From Candidatus Thermosaccharophagus tengchongensis (GTDB taxonomy: Bacteria; Armatimonadota; Fervidibacteria; Fervidibacterales; Thermosaccharophagaceae): a DNA stretch of 64,000 nt. The number at the start of each line of letters is the position of its first letter. Positions within the stretch are counted from its first letter, which is position 1. The notes under the pieces were generated by a model that saw only the letters and a program-made list of their open reading frames with translations, was not told where the DNA came from and ran no database searches. The translations under genes were made by a program, and so were the position numbers. Positions 61,643 to 64,000 of the stretch are shown here, in pieces. The stretch lies in NCBI GenBank assembly GCA_032161105.1, contig JAVHTD010000008.1; one strand, 5' to 3'.

Positions 61643-62623
61643 TTAAGGCGCTGCGATAATCCTCCTGCTTCGCTCATATTCAATCACCCGCTCCAAAATT
61701 TCGTCTATACCCAGCGTTGGCTGGTATCCAATAGCCTGACGCAATTTGGTGATGTCAGGGACACGATAGCGAATGTCTTCAAACCCGTGTCCATAGGCTT
61801 GTTCGTAAGGAATGTAGACGATTTCTGAAGAGCTGTTAGTCATGGCTTTGACTTTTAAAGCCAGCTCCTCAATTGTTATGGGCTCGTCGTTGCCCACATT
61901 GAAAATTTCCCCCTCTAAGCCTGGCGTTTCCATCAGCTTTATCAGGGCGTTAACTGTGTCACCGACCCAACAAAAACTCCGAACTTGCTTGCCATCACCG
62001 TAGACTGTAATTGGTTCATTTGCTAAAGCTTGTCGGACGAAGTTGGGGATAACCATTCCATAAGCGGGGCTTTGGCGTGGTCCGACGGTGTTGAAGAGTC
62101 TTGCAATAACGACGGGTAATCCTTTCTGCTTCCAATAGGCGCGGGAAAGGTATTCATCAAGTGCTTTGGAGCAAGCGTAGCCCCAACGCATTGCAGTTCC
62201 CAAGATGATGTTGTCCGTTTCTCGGAATTTTTCCCCATCACGGACATCTTTACCGTAAACTTCCGAAGTGGATGAAATCAAGACTTTGCAACCAAATTGT
62301 AAAGCAACGCGCAATACATTTTCCGTGCCCCGCACATTGGTTTCCAAAGTCCCCAATGGGTCTTGGACAACCAGTTTAACACCGACGGCAGCAGCTAAGT
62401 GGTAAACTTTGCGGCACGGTCGCATGGCTTCAATTAGTTTGCTTTCGTCCAAAACGCTGCCCTCAACAAAATGAAAACGAGGGTTGTCAAATAGGTGCCA
62501 AATATTTTGTAAACTGCCCGTAGACAAGTTATCCAACACCCATACCTCCTCGCCAATTTCCAAGAGTGCTTCAGCAAGATGGGAGCCAATAAAACCAGCC
62601 CCGCCAGTGATCAAGACTGCCAT
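61643..62623 (-). CDS. NAD-dependent nucleotide-sugar epimerase/dehydratase
   Basis: ITGGAGFIGSH, HLAAAVGV, STSEVYGK, RWGYACSKALDE, RLFNTVGPRQ. Confidence 0.9.
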   Translation of the reverse strand: MAVLITGGAGFIGSHLAEALLEIGEEVWVLDNLSTGSLQNIWHLFDNPRFHFVEGSVLDESKLIEAMRPCRKVYHLAAAVGVKLVVQDPLGTLETNVRGTENVLRVALQFGCKVLISSTSEVYGKDVRDGEKFRETDNIILGTAMRWGYACSKALDEYLSRAYWKQKGLPVVIARLFNTVGPRQSPAYGMVIPNFVRQALANEPITVYGDGKQVRSFCWVGDTVNALIKLMETPGLEGEIFNVGNDEPITIEELALKVKAMTNSSSEIVYIPYEQAYGHGFEDIRYRVPDITKLRQAIGYQPTLGIDEILERVIEYERSRRIIAAP

Positions 62624-62654
62624 TTTTTGCACCCCCCTTGATGGAAAATTAAAA

Positions 62655-64000
62655 TTACGGACGCTCGCGGCTTTTGTGGGACAAAAGTTTGGCGGTAGGG
62701 CGACCAATTCCGTAGTATTCAAAGCCAATTGAACGCAGTGCCTCAGGATCAAGGCAATTTCGCCCATCTATGATGATGGGCAAGGCAACGACTTCCCGAA
62801 CATGCAACCAATCCACATTCGTGAACTCGCCCCATTCAGTCACAATTAAAATTGCATGGGCGTTAGTTGCAGCCTCAATAGCGCTGCCACAGTAAACCAA
62901 TCTTGGTAGCTCTTCTGGGAAAACCTGCTTGACATTTTCCATCGCTGCGGGGTCGTAAAGCCTGAGGTTTGCACCTTCTTCAAGCAACCTGCGAATGATT
63001 TTCAAACTCGGAGCCTCACGGATGTCATCGGTGTTTGGCTTGAAAGCCAAGCCCCAAATTGCAAGGGTCTTGTCCTTTATGACCCATAAAGCCTGTTGAA
63101 CTTTTCGGACAAATTTGTCAATACGAGCCTCGTTAATTCGCTCAACTTCCTTGAGAAGCGAAAAATCAACTCGGTGCTCCTCGGCGATGTGGATGAAGGC
63201 TTTGAGGTCTTTTGGAAGACAATTGTGCACGAGCAATCCAGAACCAGCAACGAGTAACCCGTTTTCAGTTTCCATGCTGTAAACTTCCCTGCGGTCATAG
63301 AAGCGTTCAATGTGAGTGACTGGCAAAATTGCGAAACCTTCTTGCTTCCTGTAGCCAATTGGTCGGATTTGCCTTTGGTAGCGACCGAGGGTTTCCCTTA
63401 ACAGTTGGCGTTGCCTTTGCCCTAAAATTGCTGCCAATCGCTTCAATTGATTAAAACCATTGATGCGCACAATGTAGGTGGTTTGCTTGGACTTTTTCGT
63501 TCGGCAGGTCTTCAGTGAAGGAACTAACCCCAAAGATTGAAGCAGCAAAATTACGCTGTCGGCTAACGCTTTGCTGACCGTCGCGTATTCAAAGCACCCG
63601 TTGCGTCCACCGTTCAGTGAGGAAAAACACCCATCGCCACTAAATAAACCTTGCAACAAGGCAGCCCGCAACGATTCGTCCACATTGAAAGCGATATACG
63701 GCAATCGCTTGTTTTCCGAACGAGTTCCACATCCTAAAACATCGCGCAAAAGGAAAGCAAAAACTCTGGAAGAAACTACAAAAGTCACAGCGCCTTGAGT
63801 TCGCCTTTCCAAAAAGCGAATGCCGTAGCAGTTCAATATGCGACGCAAGTCTTCAATGAGGTCAGTTTCGTGGGTTCCAAAGGTGAAGTTAACTCGCTCC
63901 CTCACCGCACCCTTACGCCCTTTCTCCGCAACAATGCATCCTTCAGCAATGTAATAGCCAAGCATTCGCATGAAATCAGCATCAATAGTGAAACGGGACG
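62655..64000 (-). CDS. ugd: UDP-glucose/GDP-mannose dehydrogenase containing an intein (5'-truncated)
   Basis: C-extein CLPKD...WGLAFKPNTDDIREAPS...YDP...VTEW..F...IIDGRN; frame is open to the window end. Confidence 0.9.
   Translation of the reverse strand, partial: SRFTIDADFMRMLGYYIAEGCIVAEKGRKGAVRERVNFTFGTHETDLIEDLRRILNCYGIRFLERRTQGAVTFVVSSRVFAFLLRDVLGCGTRSENKRLPYIAFNVDESLRAALLQGLFSGDGCFSSLNGGRNGCFEYATVSKALADSVILLLQSLGLVPSLKTCRTKKSKQTTYIVRINGFNQLKRLAAILGQRQRQLLRETLGRYQRQIRPIGYRKQEGFAILPVTHIERFYDRREVYSMETENGLLVAGSGLLVHNCLPKDLKAFIHIAEEHRVDFSLLKEVERINEARIDKFVRKVQQALWVIKDKTLAIWGLAFKPNTDDIREAPSLKIIRRLLEEGANLRLYDPAAMENVKQVFPEELPRLVYCGSAIEAATNAHAILIVTEWGEFTNVDWLHVREVVALPIIIDGRNCLDPEALRSIGFEYYGIGRPTAKLLSHKSRERP
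63222..64000 (-). mobile_element. Intein with LAGLIDADG homing endonuclease (C-terminal part)
   Basis: LGYYIAEG and LQGLFSGDG LAGLIDADG blocks, LLLQSLGL block H, VYSMET block F, ending VHN|C at 63222/63221. Confidence 0.92.

Overview
A 64-kb bacterial chromosome segment of moderate GC, probably from a thermophilic Armatimonadota/Fervidibacteria-like organism (inferred from gene content such as UBact/proteasome genes; not established). Much of it is dispersed housekeeping and transport genes: purQ/purS, xerC, gyrB, gcvH with a lipoate ligase, moaA, hisH, queG, phoU, a GH2 beta-mannosidase, and MFS/ABC transporters. Notable systems: (1) an arc-dop-UBact-prcB proteasome locus, including a 58-aa UBact gene ending RQRSGE that is missing from the ORF track, with no prcA or pafA in the window; (2) a 1488-aa FAR + acyl-CoA synthetase + ACP + acyltransferase fusion with ElbD-like ether-lipid architecture, overlapping a sulfatase-fold hydrolase that has Thr at the nucleophile position; (3) a SigB/F-type sigma factor fused to a degenerate GGDEF domain that keeps its RxxD site; (4) an AT-richer cluster of four pilin-like genes sharing a 16-aa Asp-rich repeat module; (5) a compositionally distinct right end with a papain-like lipoprotein frameshifted at a G6 tract, a REP-like palindrome cluster, and nucleotide-sugar genes including a UDP-glucose dehydrogenase with a LAGLIDADG intein. 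Two intergenic structured-RNA candidates were noted. No rRNA, tRNA or CRISPR array was recognised.
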